Shown: positions 1 through 9,183 of the stretch, one piece after another
How positions within the stretch are numbered: the stretch's first letter is position 1
Layout of the letters: each line of letters starts with the position of its first letter
Source: a virus
Taxonomy: Duplodnaviria > Caudoviricetes
IMG/VR virus record: IMGVR_UViG_3300005286_000010
Location: 1 to 42,323 of that record
DNA length: 42,323 nucleotides
Direction: 5' to 3' (one strand)
Notes under the pieces: model-generated
Database searches by the model: none
Told to the model about the DNA's origin: nothing
What the model saw: only the letters and a program-made list of their open reading frames with translations
Translations under genes and position numbers: made by a program

Positions 1-250
1 AATACAATCCCTAGCCATGTATCTCCTAACGGATTTGGTTATCGCATAAATGATCCTGCATTTCTTCCGGAATTCAAAAGGTATAACACCGTACAGGAAG
101 CAGTTGACGCGATAAATGAGGCAACAAAATGAAGAGGGTGAGGAGAGCATTAAAGGTAAATTGCCGAAAATGTGGATCATATCATGTCAAACGTAACAAA
201 GAGTGTCTATGTCCTACTTGTAAATACCCAAGATAAGGAGAGAAGCGTAA

Positions 251-415
251 ATGACCTACTACATCCGGAACATTGATACCGCAGAAGACTTTTTATTAAA
301 GCACATCGATGTACCGATCGGCAAAGTCACGTTGGAAGATAAGAACGGAGAGAAAGTAGTAAAGACCCTTGCTGATGTTATCGAGAATTACGAGTTCCGT
401 TATGACTTCTGGTGA
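251..415 (+). CDS. Small hypothetical protein (54 aa, MTYYIRNIDTAEDFLLK...)
   Basis: Read manually; AAGGAG RBS upstream; lies in the off-circle branch. Confidence 0.55.
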   Translation: MTYYIRNIDTAEDFLLKHIDVPIGKVTLEDKNGEKVVKTLADVIENYEFRYDFW

Positions 416-418
416 TTT

Positions 419-517
419 CATGATCCCCCAATCCCGCACCGTATACCTCGAATTAGCCCGCATAAGCCGTAACAGGCGAACACGTATCATCTACTTCAAA
501 AACTACGTTAGGACGCT
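419..517 (+). repeat. 99-bp exact direct repeat, copy 1
   Basis: Identical to 42225-42323. Confidence 0.97.
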
Positions 518-548
518 TAACAAAGAGAGGAGCAAAGGGAAATGTTGA
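420..548 (+). CDS. Small basic hypothetical protein (42 aa, MIPQSRTVYLELARIS...)
   Basis: Read manually; start lies in the 99-bp repeat; stop overlaps next ORF. Confidence 0.5.
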   Translation: MIPQSRTVYLELARISRNRRTRIIYFKNYVRTLNKERSKGKC

Positions 549-805
549 GTGAGGAACGCCTGAAATTACTTCAACTATTAGCCTCTGAAATGATTGTAAC
601 AAAGGGCGAGCTGCGAAATGCAGTTGATGAACTGGTTTACGCATATCGTCAGTTGGATCAACAGCACAAACAGATGAAAGAGGTGTTGGAAAACATCAAT
701 TGTGAGAACAAAAGAGAACCATTTGATTATGCAGAATACTGGTCAATTGTATCAGAGATAGTTTCGCAGACAATCCGGTCGGTACAAGGAAGTGAATCCA
801 ACTGA
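542..805 (+). CDS. Hypothetical phage protein
   Basis: ORF with RBS in early operon orientation. Confidence 0.7.
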   Translation: MLSEERLKLLQLLASEMIVTKGELRNAVDELVYAYRQLDQQHKQMKEVLENINCENKREPFDYAEYWSIVSEIVSQTIRSVQGSESN

Positions 806-894
806 CACCAGAACAAAGAAAAAGAGCCCGTAGTAGCGGGCCCATCGTGACAATGCTCAAACAGATTGTACCAAACTATCGGAGGTTTTGATAG

Positions 895-1110
895 ATGGAA
901 GTGAAGCGCCGGATCATCATCAAGCGAACAGACGGTGTGCCGGTTAACCTCCACTATGAACCTGTAAAAACCATATCAGCAGCCGGCAGATTCAATGATA
1001 TTGAGGCCTACAACACTTTCATCCATGGATATTACGGACCTACAAATACCGAATTGTACAAGCCTCAGAAGATCAAGATTACCTATGAGGAGGAAGAAGA
1101 CGATGTGTAA
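895..1110 (+). CDS. Hypothetical phage protein
   Basis: GGAGG RBS; overlaps ERF start. Confidence 0.7.
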   Translation: MEVKRRIIIKRTDGVPVNLHYEPVKTISAAGRFNDIEAYNTFIHGYYGPTNTELYKPQKIKITYEEEEDDV

Positions 1111-1837
1111 CAAGTCGGAGTCGATATCCAAGATATCGGCGGCGCTAGTGGCCTTTAGCGGAGACGTAAAAGGAATCGGCAAAGACGCCACCAATCCGCA
1201 TTTTAAATCGCAATATACATCGCTTGACCATATGATCGACGAGACGAAGCCTCTTCTTACTAAACATGGACTTACCGTCATGCAATTCCCTGGAGGGGAC
1301 GGGGAAAAAGTAACCGTTAGAACTATGATCCTTCACGAATCCGGCGAATGGATCGAATCCGAACCTCTGACGCTCAAGCCGACCAAGTTTGACCCGCAGG
1401 GAGCCGGATCTGCAATCACCTACGCACGACGTTACAGCTATGCCGCGGCTCTCTCCCTATCGCTTGGTGATGATGACGATGGGAACGGCGCCAGTGCCCC
1501 TCAGATGCCCGCACAGACTTCCCAACAGACGAGACATACACAATATGGCGGACAACAACAAAACGCTTCACAGACGCCTACAGGAAGCCAGAGCGGATAT
1601 GTGAAGATGATATCCCAAGCACAAATCAACTTCATCGGTAAACTTCGAACAGAAAAGAGAATACCAGAAGATGATTATTACCGGATTGTCAGTGAAATTG
1701 GGAAGGATAAGACGAGCGTTAAGGAGTTTAGCAACAAGGAAGCGCAAGAAATGATTAATTTCCTTACAAACTACGTTGCTCAGGAATATACACATCCACC
1801 GGTTAAATATCCTGATGTTGATGACTTGCCATTCTGA
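1103..1837 (+). CDS. ERF-family single-strand annealing protein
   Basis: NPHFKSQY, GSAITYARRY and DDDDG motifs; acidic DDLPF tail; start refined to ATG 1103. Confidence 0.93.
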   Translation: MCNKSESISKISAALVAFSGDVKGIGKDATNPHFKSQYTSLDHMIDETKPLLTKHGLTVMQFPGGDGEKVTVRTMILHESGEWIESEPLTLKPTKFDPQGAGSAITYARRYSYAAALSLSLGDDDDGNGASAPQMPAQTSQQTRHTQYGGQQQNASQTPTGSQSGYVKMISQAQINFIGKLRTEKRIPEDDYYRIVSEIGKDKTSVKEFSNKEAQEMINFLTNYVAQEYTHPPVKYPDVDDLPF

Positions 1838-1846
1838 GGTGATCCC

Positions 1847-2233
1847 ATGGCTATACCCTATCCAAAGTCCAAGCAGCTCTATCACAACAAAGTAGACAAG
1901 CCCAAACTAAAGCACAAAAGGAACGCTCCCCGGTTACGTGATCGTGGCCGGGTACGTACCGAAGTCTACAACGAAGCGTATGAACGCGCTGGAGGCCGTT
2001 GTGAGCGTTGCGGATACGTAGACGGATCGTTAGACCCATCGGGGCAGAAATGGCGTCTAGAGGCCGCACACGTGGTCAGACGGAGGCATCTCGATCAGAC
2101 TACCGCAGACGACATTATCATGCTATGCGGTCCATCGGTTAATACAGGTACATGCCATAACTTCGCGGATTATACGAAAGCTGGACGCGAATGGATGATT
2201 GAACATCAAAAGCTGCGCAAAGAAGGCGCGTAA
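1847..2233 (+). CDS. HNH-type endonuclease
   Basis: CERCG ... LEAAH ... LCG ... CH pattern. Confidence 0.75.
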   Translation: MAIPYPKSKQLYHNKVDKPKLKHKRNAPRLRDRGRVRTEVYNEAYERAGGRCERCGYVDGSLDPSGQKWRLEAAHVVRRRHLDQTTADDIIMLCGPSVNTGTCHNFADYTKAGREWMIEHQKLRKEGA

Positions 2234-2248
2234 AGGGAGAGATATGGG

Positions 2249-2428
2249 ATGGGTGAGACGGTATTCCTTGTTGAGTACAAGATGCTGTGGGCCGGGAAAG
2301 TGGTTCGTGAAGGCGTTGAAGAAGTCCGGGCATATACCGAACACCAAGCAGAAAAAAAGGTCATCGAATACCTCGACATCGTCAACAAGAAGGCCGAGAA
2401 GCACATTCTCGCCATCGTATCTGCTTAG
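2249..2428 (+). CDS. Hypothetical protein (59 aa, MGETVFLVEYK...)
   Basis: Read manually; stop TAG falls inside the two-hairpin repeat. Confidence 0.6.
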   Translation: MGETVFLVEYKMLWAGKVVREGVEEVRAYTEHQAEKKVIEYLDIVNKKAEKHILAIVSA

Positions 2429-2460
2429 TCCCGTAAGGGACGGAGGCCGTATCAGGGTTT
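2392..2460. repeat. Two-hairpin element, copy A (degenerate)
   Basis: Hairpin-CATCGTA..GCTTA-hairpin(GTCCC GTAA GGGAC)-GGAGGCCG. Confidence 0.7.
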
Positions 2461-2503
2461 ATATCACAGGGGATATATTCCCCTAATAGGGGAGGATATA
2501 TAG

Positions 2504-2701
2504 ATGCAACTAACCATCGAAGACATCATACCGACTGTCACCATCGATGGTCGGGAGTATCGAGCAACCAATTTCCGTTACAACGGCAGCGGTAGGAAAT
2601 GGGCATATGTAGAATACTATCACCCCAATCGCGGCTGGCGAGAGGTTAATAACTGGGATCGTATTGAGCAAATAGCGGAAATGCTGTGGCCTATTAACTA
2701 A
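2504..2701 (+). CDS. Hypothetical protein
   Basis: GGAGG RBS. Confidence 0.7.
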   Translation: MQLTIEDIIPTVTIDGREYRATNFRYNGSGRKWAYVEYYHPNRGWREVNNWDRIEQIAEMLWPIN

Positions 2702-2718
2702 AGAGAGGATATGGATAA

Positions 2719-3003
2719 ATGGAAATAGCTAACGTAGCCATTTACACGGCGACTAGATACGGAAAGGCAACTTGGTTCGAGGCACAAGTAACTGCATTTG
2801 TAGGTGACGAAATCAAACGGTTTAGCGTTGACCTTCCCGTTTCAGAACTGAAAGAAATGGGCGTCTGCAAGAACTTGAACGGATGGAAAAGAGTGCAAGA
2901 GTGGGCTAATTCGGATGCTGGAAGTGAATACATCATCAAGAACAAAGATCGCAAAAGCATGCTGACTATGTTGAAAGCTCAAGAGGAGGCATCAAATACA
3001 TGA
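2719..3003 (+). CDS. Hypothetical protein
   Basis: RBS; ATGA coupling to next ORF. Confidence 0.7.
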   Translation: MEIANVAIYTATRYGKATWFEAQVTAFVGDEIKRFSVDLPVSELKEMGVCKNLNGWKRVQEWANSDAGSEYIIKNKDRKSMLTMLKAQEEASNT

Positions 3004-3413
3004 GTGACACGAAGAAGCTGGAAATAGCCATGAAGTGGCTAGAAGATATCGAAGGAGTTAAATCGCCTATCTCTTTATTAGCTTCTGCTGCATTGAGTGA
3101 GATTAGAGCTGTCGACGATCAATATCCGTTGGGAGTATCCATCCCCTCATCAGCAGAGGAACGGTATAGAGATATAGCCGAAGACATCGCCAAGTCGTAT
3201 GACATCGAATTACGTTCATTGGTCAATCGCCTGTTGAATGCAAACGACCATTACGCCGCAGATGCTGTCGAGAAACTTGCAGATCGGATGAAGTCTAAAT
3301 GTACTGAAGCCCTCTCCCCGAGCGGTGAGCAACCGAAACCGAAACAACGTTGCCCGCGCTGCGGAAATACTGGAATCCACTACTGTCGACCCAATGAGGA
3401 GGATGGAGAATGA
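3000..3413 (+). CDS. Hypothetical protein with C-terminal CPRCG motif
   Basis: Coupled ORF. Confidence 0.7.
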   Translation: MSDTKKLEIAMKWLEDIEGVKSPISLLASAALSEIRAVDDQYPLGVSIPSSAEERYRDIAEDIAKSYDIELRSLVNRLLNANDHYAADAVEKLADRMKSKCTEALSPSGEQPKPKQRCPRCGNTGIHYCRPNEEDGE

Positions 3414-3706
3414 TTAAATTAACGAGTCACGGCGGCGGGGAATTCTACTTCAATCCTGAACGAATAAACGTTATCGCTCCGTCTGGTGAAAATGGCCTCG
3501 CCTATATCGAATACGATCAAGACCGCTATGTTGTTATCGCCTCCCCCGAAGAAGTAGTCCGCAAGATCATGGAGTACAAGATTCGAACCATCCAATATGG
3601 ACAATATCTCCAAGATGCTTTAATGGGTGGAGATTGGGGAAAAACGAAGGAATCTATGAATGCTCTGTTTCAGCTCGCCGGACTGGAGGACAACCAAGAT
3701 GGATAA
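3410..3706 (+). CDS. FlbD-like family protein
   Basis: MIKLT..G.EFYFNPERI..I and V..SPEEVVRKI.EY match the FlbD pattern. Confidence 0.7.
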   Translation: MIKLTSHGGGEFYFNPERINVIAPSGENGLAYIEYDQDRYVVIASPEEVVRKIMEYKIRTIQYGQYLQDALMGGDWGKTKESMNALFQLAGLEDNQDG

Positions 3707-4688
3707 TAGGATAGAGGAGATCAAGCAGGCGCTAGAGGCAGCAAAGCCAGAACCGATAGATTGCGATGGAACATCCATTGTAGCTGATGATGATACGTTC
3801 ATTGCTTATTGCTACTACAAGGTTTATGTTCCATTATTCGCGAACTCGTCAAAATGGCTCCGCTATCTCCTCGAACAGTACGAACAGCAGCAATTGGAGA
3901 TAGCCGATCTAAAAAAAGCATATGACGAGGTACTGCAATCGTCAAGGAATCTACTCCATGAATGCGAGAAGACAAATAAGCAGTTACGACAGTCCCGAGA
4001 AGACGCCGGAAGATGGGAACTTAAATCCGATCAGCTCGCTAAAGAGAACGAACAGAAGCAAGCGGAGATTAAGGAACTCCGGCAGAAGTTACTCGAATTA
4101 TCGGATACTGGCATTAAGACGGCGTTAATCGGATTGGAACTGGAACGAGGAATGAGAGAGCTTAAATTAGACCTCGAACAGAAGCAAGCGGAGATAGAAA
4201 GGATATCGGCGGATCGCGATTTCTGGGTTAACCTCTACAATCAGGAACGTGATTTATGCAAGGGGCAAAAGGATAATTTGCGAGAAATCAACGAAAGCAT
4301 AGCCGCAGATGCTGAACGATTGCTCAAAGATAACGAACGCCTACAAGCAGAAAACACCCATCTACGAGGCATCTCTGATCGTGAGAGAGCCATAGCAGAT
4401 AGTGAGGAAAAGAGGCGTAAAGAAGCGGAGAAAGAGTGTGATCAGCTACGGGGAGAACTGGACACCACAAAGGAAGAGTTAAAAAAGACTTACGATGACT
4501 GCGAAGCTCTCGAATCTGAGCTGGACGATTACCGTAAGGTGCTGAAATGGTACGGAGAAGAGGATCAGTACGGTGTACATTTCCACTGGGAGATACCCGA
4601 GATTCTCAACGACAATGGTCAACAAGCCCGTGACATCCTATCCCGTTACAAAGAGAAGGGAGATAACCTGAATGGAAGCGACCATTGA
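3699..4688 (+). CDS. Coiled-coil phage protein with EQKQAEI repeats
   Basis: Heptad-rich; start refined to ATG 3699. Confidence 0.7.
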   Translation: MDNRIEEIKQALEAAKPEPIDCDGTSIVADDDTFIAYCYYKVYVPLFANSSKWLRYLLEQYEQQQLEIADLKKAYDEVLQSSRNLLHECEKTNKQLRQSREDAGRWELKSDQLAKENEQKQAEIKELRQKLLELSDTGIKTALIGLELERGMRELKLDLEQKQAEIERISADRDFWVNLYNQERDLCKGQKDNLREINESIAADAERLLKDNERLQAENTHLRGISDRERAIADSEEKRRKEAEKECDQLRGELDTTKEELKKTYDDCEALESELDDYRKVLKWYGEEDQYGVHFHWEIPEILNDNGQQARDILSRYKEKGDNLNGSDH

Positions 4689-5346
4689 TAAACCGCAGGC
4701 GTTCAAGTTCGAGAAAGACGTGTCCGAAGTATACCGCATCCGACTTAACAGTCTCAGATGCCAATGGGCAAACATCACGATTAATAACTCAGGGGATTTC
4801 AGCGCGATTACGGACTGTGGCAACTTCAATTACTGCTGGGGTGGATATGGTAGCGGAACGTTCAAGGATTTCCTGATTCGGATATTCAGCAAGAATGCAC
4901 AAGGGCGCGGAAGCTACGTGTACGAAAAGATTTCCGATGATTCGCGTGACTATGTCGACTGCGTGAAGACAATCGCGGCCATGAAGAAGGATTTCGTCGA
5001 GAGATATCGCGAGCTTTATAAGGATGCACGTTCTAAAGTCAGATGGGCAGACAACTTCGACAATAGGTGGGCATTCCAGGAATTGAAGGATAAGGCGCGT
5101 AACACCTGGGAAGCACTCGAATGCATCGAAGACGAAAGGACTCTCAGCAAAGACCGTTTCTTCTCGCTTGTATGGGAGGGATCACTCGACAACATATTCT
5201 TCGATGGAGATTATCTGGCGCATTGTTTGGATGTTGAGACCACTGGAGACCGGCAGGCGATAGCATTTTGCGAAGTGGTCGTTCCTGTTTTTGCAGAAAT
5301 TCTTCGTCAAGAGAGAGGAGATAACCATAATGAGCAGACAATATAA
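4672..5346 (+). CDS. Hypothetical phage protein
   Basis: 224-aa ORF with RBS. Confidence 0.75.
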   Translation: MEATIDKPQAFKFEKDVSEVYRIRLNSLRCQWANITINNSGDFSAITDCGNFNYCWGGYGSGTFKDFLIRIFSKNAQGRGSYVYEKISDDSRDYVDCVKTIAAMKKDFVERYRELYKDARSKVRWADNFDNRWAFQELKDKARNTWEALECIEDERTLSKDRFFSLVWEGSLDNIFFDGDYLAHCLDVETTGDRQAIAFCEVVVPVFAEILRQERGDNHNEQTI

Positions 5347-5752
5347 ATTTCGTGCATGGGACGTAAACGACCAAAAGATGCTATATAACATCAAAGAATT
5401 GCATCTCGATATCGGTAAAGTATTGATCGAAGGAGATACATGGGACTGGTATAAGCGGGAACGAATCCTCATGCAATATACCGGCCTCCACGACCGAAAC
5501 GGAAATGAGATTTATGAGGGGGACGTTGTGAACGTCTTCTGTAATTGTGACAGTGAATACGGATGTTCTCACGCTCCAAAAAGTTACACGGTTTTCTGGC
5601 ACGAAGATGGCTTATTCGACTTGGCTGCAGATGATATACCAAATGACTTCGCCAAGTACATGGAAGATTCATACGAAGTGATCGGCAACATTTACGAACA
5701 TCCGGAATTACTCGAATCGCGAAGCGACATCGAATCGACCGAATCCGCTTAG
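5330..5752 (+). CDS. YopX-family protein
   Basis: KFRAWD, LMQYTGLHDRNGNEIYEGD, EVIGNIYEHPELL. Confidence 0.95.
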   Translation: MSRQYKFRAWDVNDQKMLYNIKELHLDIGKVLIEGDTWDWYKRERILMQYTGLHDRNGNEIYEGDVVNVFCNCDSEYGCSHAPKSYTVFWHEDGLFDLAADDIPNDFAKYMEDSYEVIGNIYEHPELLESRSDIESTESA

Positions 5753-5780
5753 GGCTTAGCCCGGAGGCCGACACAGGGTC
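5717..5780. repeat. Two-hairpin element, copy B
   Basis: TCGC GAA GCGA-CATCGAATCGACCGAATCCGCTTA-GGGC TTA GCCC-GGAGGCCG..GGTC. Confidence 0.8.
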
Positions 5781-5782
5781 AT

Positions 5783-6104
5783 TATCCAATCAAGGGAGAG
5801 ATGAATATGAACAACAAACTTACAATGTGGTACGAACCAAACAACTCAGAAGCGATCAAAGCAGAGGTGCGCGAAAGAGTGAAGAGTCAATACGGATTTT
5901 CTGAAGGAGAACTCGTATCTATCGGCGGCGGATTCAAATTCCTGTTCGACGACGAGACAAACGGGAAAATCGAAGTCACATTCACCACAGAACCGAATGT
6001 AACAGGGCTAAAAGTGACCGTCGCTGGAACATGGCCATGGGAAGTAATCGAGATTTACAATCTGCTGCCACAATATCCGGGCAAGTGATATCCAATCAAG
6101 GGAG
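5783..6104 (+). repeat. 16-bp perfect direct repeat TATCCAATCAAGGGAG bracketing one gene
   Basis: Copies at 5783-5798 and 6089-6104. Confidence 0.9.
5801..6088 (+). CDS. Hypothetical protein between 16-bp direct repeats
   Basis: RBS is part of the repeat. Confidence 0.75.
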   Translation: MNMNNKLTMWYEPNNSEAIKAEVRERVKSQYGFSEGELVSIGGGFKFLFDDETNGKIEVTFTTEPNVTGLKVTVAGTWPWEVIEIYNLLPQYPGK

Positions 6105-6113
6105 GCATTAAGA

Positions 6114-6326
6114 ATGAGTAGACAATGCGCCAATTGCCAAAAAGACATCCCACCAGAGACGGAGCATTTCGCAATTGAGGACGAGCCTTATTGCACTGAT
6201 TGCGTAGAAATTACTCCATATACAGCGTATCTGTACTATGTGGATGGCGAATTCGTCGGAACATCGGAAGACGATCAAGTGAGGCATATTGAATCCTTAG
6301 ATGATGATTACGAGGGAGGCCAATAG
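6114..6326 (+). CDS. Small Zn-finger protein
   Basis: CANC ... YCTDC. Confidence 0.7.
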   Translation: MSRQCANCQKDIPPETEHFAIEDEPYCTDCVEITPYTAYLYYVDGEFVGTSEDDQVRHIESLDDDYEGGQ

Positions 6327-6327
6327 A

Positions 6328-6747
6328 ATGAGCATCGTTCAGCCGGGGCCGGAATTGGATAGACGGATGGCATTTGAGGTTATGGGGTTTGGGGCAACGT
6401 CAACATCATTTGATCCGAACACCGGCATCCTAACTATACGGAGTCTCCGAGAGGGAGAATCATCGGTTTCATTCCCGAGTGGCATTAAGAAGATCGAGTT
6501 CGTATTAGGAGGGCAAGAAGTTCCCTCATACTCCACCACATGGAACGGAATGCAACTGGTAGTAGAAGAGATGCAGCGTCGGGGATTCCAGTTCATGCTT
6601 TTCCAAACGAACAACATGAAGTGGAAAGCGGTAATCTACAACGGCTTCACAAGATCACATATTTACGCGGAAGCATTTGAATATACCGCCCCTCATGCTG
6701 TCTGTATGGCCGCTCTCAGCGCTCTGGAGGGACAAGCAGATGGTTAA
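6328..6747 (+). CDS. Phage ABA-sandwich-domain protein
   Basis: QPGPELD..MA..VMG; PSYST....QLVVEEM; APHAVCMAAL. Confidence 0.85.
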   Translation: MSIVQPGPELDRRMAFEVMGFGATSTSFDPNTGILTIRSLREGESSVSFPSGIKKIEFVLGGQEVPSYSTTWNGMQLVVEEMQRRGFQFMLFQTNNMKWKAVIYNGFTRSHIYAEAFEYTAPHAVCMAALSALEGQADG

Positions 6748-6852
6748 CCTATTCCAACTACTCATGAGACGATATAGAGACTGGGACGCCGCTAGGTGGT
6801 ATCGAAAACACTATAACGAGAGGGGGTAACTCCCCTTTAAGGGGGATGCTTC

Positions 6853-7686
6853 GTGCAAGGTTATATCAAACTTTACCGAAAGATCCGCGAGAATCCCGTA
6901 TTCAACAACATGGAATTGTTTCGGCTATGGATGATATGCCTTACCGAAGCAACCCATAAAGAACGGGATCAGATAGTTGGCCGTCAGGTTGTTCACTTAA
7001 TGCCGGGGGATTTTGTAACAGGTCGATTTGATCTTCAATCGATGTACAACAGGGGTTTATCCAGTGACCAACAAAAAAGCCCTAAAACAGTATGGAGATG
7101 GTTAGAGGCTCTAGAAAACGGCCATTTTTTGACCATCAAAACGACCAACAAATTCTCAGTCGTATCAATACTTAACTGGCACAAATACCAAATAATTGAC
7201 CAGCAAAATGAACAACAAGTGACCAACAAACGACCAACAAATGACCAACAAGTGACCACAAACAATAATGTAAAGAATGATTTAAATGGTTTCAATGTAT
7301 TAAAAGAATCTACTACTACCCCTAATGCGTTCGTCGTTTTCGAGAGAGAAGGATTCGGAACCATAAGCTCGACATTGGCAGAGAAGTTAGGATCATTCAT
7401 CGACGACTTCGGCGAACGCTGGGTGATCGAGGCAATGAAAGAAGCTGCATACCACAGTAAGCGAAGTCTTCCATACGTTAAGAGCATACTAGAAGATTAC
7501 CGCAGACGTGGAGTAGATGAACCATGGACGGTAGAACGGACTCAACAGCAAAAAGGATTTAATCGGCAGCAAACCAAAACAGGAAAGCCAGAAATGAGGG
7601 TTGTTTCCGGATCTCCTGCACCGGAGATATCTCAAGAAGAGCGCCAGCGAATGAGAGAACTCGCACGTGAACTAAAGACTTCATAA
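6853..7686 (+). CDS. Phage replication initiator with DnaD domain
   Basis: GYIKLYRKI N-terminus; FEREGFGTIS...WVIEAMKEA...YVKSILEDY. Confidence 0.9.
   Translation: MQGYIKLYRKIRENPVFNNMELFRLWMICLTEATHKERDQIVGRQVVHLMPGDFVTGRFDLQSMYNRGLSSDQQKSPKTVWRWLEALENGHFLTIKTTNKFSVVSILNWHKYQIIDQQNEQQVTNKRPTNDQQVTTNNNVKNDLNGFNVLKESTTTPNAFVVFEREGFGTISSTLAEKLGSFIDDFGERWVIEAMKEAAYHSKRSLPYVKSILEDYRRRGVDEPWTVERTQQQKGFNRQQTKTGKPEMRVVSGSPAPEISQEERQRMRELARELKTS
7064..7265. repeat. Iterons, probable replication origin inside the initiator gene
   Basis: Repeated GACCAACAA-like units, dense at ~7197-7262, followed by an AT-rich tract. Confidence 0.8.
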
Positions 7687-7720
7687 GGTTGCCATTATCA
7701 GCAAAGGAGAGATAACGGGA

Positions 7721-8113
7721 ATGAGTAGGGAAATCAAATTCAAAGCGTGGGACAAGAGCAAGCGAAGATGGTTATCCATGCATGAATACGATGCGAGAAT
7801 TATCTTGAACGCATATGTGGATGACTCTGGATTCGAACTGAATGAATACGACGGGAAGCACGCTAAAGATTTAGGAATAAACATCGACGTTGTCCAATAC
7901 ACCGGACTAAAGGACAAGAACGGCAAAGAGATTTACGAAAGAGACTTAGTAAAGGTGCATGACTACCATGGTGTGCGGAAAGGAAGCGTTTGGTACTCGA
8001 ATGTTTATGGAGCCTTCTTTTACGGTGGAGATGAATTCTCAGATGAGTATCTGTTTAACGCCAGAAACATCGAAGTCATCGGAAATATCTACGAGAAGGA
8101 GAAAAGCCAATGA
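7721..8113 (+). CDS. YopX-family protein
   Basis: REIKFKAWD, QYTGLKDKNGKEIYE, EVIGNIYE. Confidence 0.95.
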   Translation: MSREIKFKAWDKSKRRWLSMHEYDARIILNAYVDDSGFELNEYDGKHAKDLGINIDVVQYTGLKDKNGKEIYERDLVKVHDYHGVRKGSVWYSNVYGAFFYGGDEFSDEYLFNARNIEVIGNIYEKEKSQ

Positions 8114-8490
8114 AACTAACCCGCGAATCTATTATGTCTATGCAGCCTGGGAGAGAGTTGGATATAGAGATTGCAAGATTGTTAGGACACGATATTCAAA
8201 TGATCGCCGCATTCCAAGATGAACAGCCGAAAGCACGCATTAAACTTGACGGTGGTTCCATACCCGTTCCGCACTATTCATTCGTAATATCAGCAGCGTG
8301 GGAAGTCGTAGAACATTGGGGATACTCAGCAAGAGTTGGATACCAGGGAACTGATTGCTTTTGCAATATCATGATTGGATTCGATGACGGTGGAAAGCCA
8401 ATTTACGGAGATATTGATGGATGTAAATCTGTTCCAGAAGCAATCTGTAAAGCCGCACTATTAGCCAAACTGGAGGCGGATGAGGAATGA
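8110..8490 (+). CDS. Phage ABA-sandwich-domain protein
   Basis: PGRELD..IA; PHYS..ISAAWEVVE; PEAICKAALLA. Confidence 0.88.
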   Translation: MKLTRESIMSMQPGRELDIEIARLLGHDIQMIAAFQDEQPKARIKLDGGSIPVPHYSFVISAAWEVVEHWGYSARVGYQGTDCFCNIMIGFDDGGKPIYGDIDGCKSVPEAICKAALLAKLEADEE

Positions 8491-8849
8491 TACGCCTTCG
8501 CAACCAATCCAAGTATCGAGCACAGAAAACAACAGTTGACGGCATAACCTTCGATAGCCAACGAGAGGCACAGCATTACAGCTTTCTAAAGCTACAACAA
8601 CGTATGGGACTGGTAAAGGAGATCAAGCTCCAACCGGTATATGTACTTCTAGAGCCGTACAAGCACCCTCAGACGGGGAAAAAGGTACAGGGGATAAAAT
8701 ACCGTGCGGACTTTCTTGTCACCTACCCAGACGGCTCACAAGAGGTTATAGACGTAAAGTCAGAACCAACGAGGAAGAAAGAAGCATACGTACTAAAAAA
8801 GAAATTATTCGAGAGTCGATACGGCCAAGCGATAAAGGAGATTCTATGA
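8487..8849 (+). CDS. DUF1064-family PD-(D/E)xK nuclease, putative junction resolvase
   Basis: SKYRAQKTTVDGITFDS..EA; YRADF; VIDVK. Confidence 0.9.
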   Translation: MIRLRNQSKYRAQKTTVDGITFDSQREAQHYSFLKLQQRMGLVKEIKLQPVYVLLEPYKHPQTGKKVQGIKYRADFLVTYPDGSQEVIDVKSEPTRKKEAYVLKKKLFESRYGQAIKEIL

Positions 8850-9183
8850 AACTCTATCACCGAATCATGGCAAATCGATATAAGCGTAGATACGGACCAG
8901 CAGCATACCATAGATATATCTACCATATGCGAAAGGCGGGGGATACATGAATCCTGTACAAGAAATATACGACAAAGCGAAGTCCGCCAAACAGAACGGA
9001 ATCATGGTCATGAGCGTGGATTATATCTTGCAACAGTTTGAGCGAGAAAGTGAGTTTTACAGATTGGCCTATAGAAGCCCGTTAGAGGCGTCGAAGGTAT
9101 CGGACGCATAAATCTACAAGAGTACAATTCAAATTCAACCACGGGCCTACAACGAGCCCAAAACCACATTAGGAGGCATAACC

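Noticed and set aside
4050-4195. 21-bp repeat CGAACAGAAGCAAGCGGAGAT
   Set aside because: In-frame coiled-coil repeat (EQKQAEI) within one gene; ordinary intragenic duplication.
2426-5801. Amber readthrough at the hairpin elements (TAG is in frame with the next ORF in copies A and B)
   Set aside because: Plausible by chance (about 1 in 9); downstream ORFs have their own RBS; copy C is out of frame; long genes contain no internal TAG.
9075-9150. GCCCGT...ACGGGC inverted repeat
   Set aside because: Short and weak; no second copy or contextual support.
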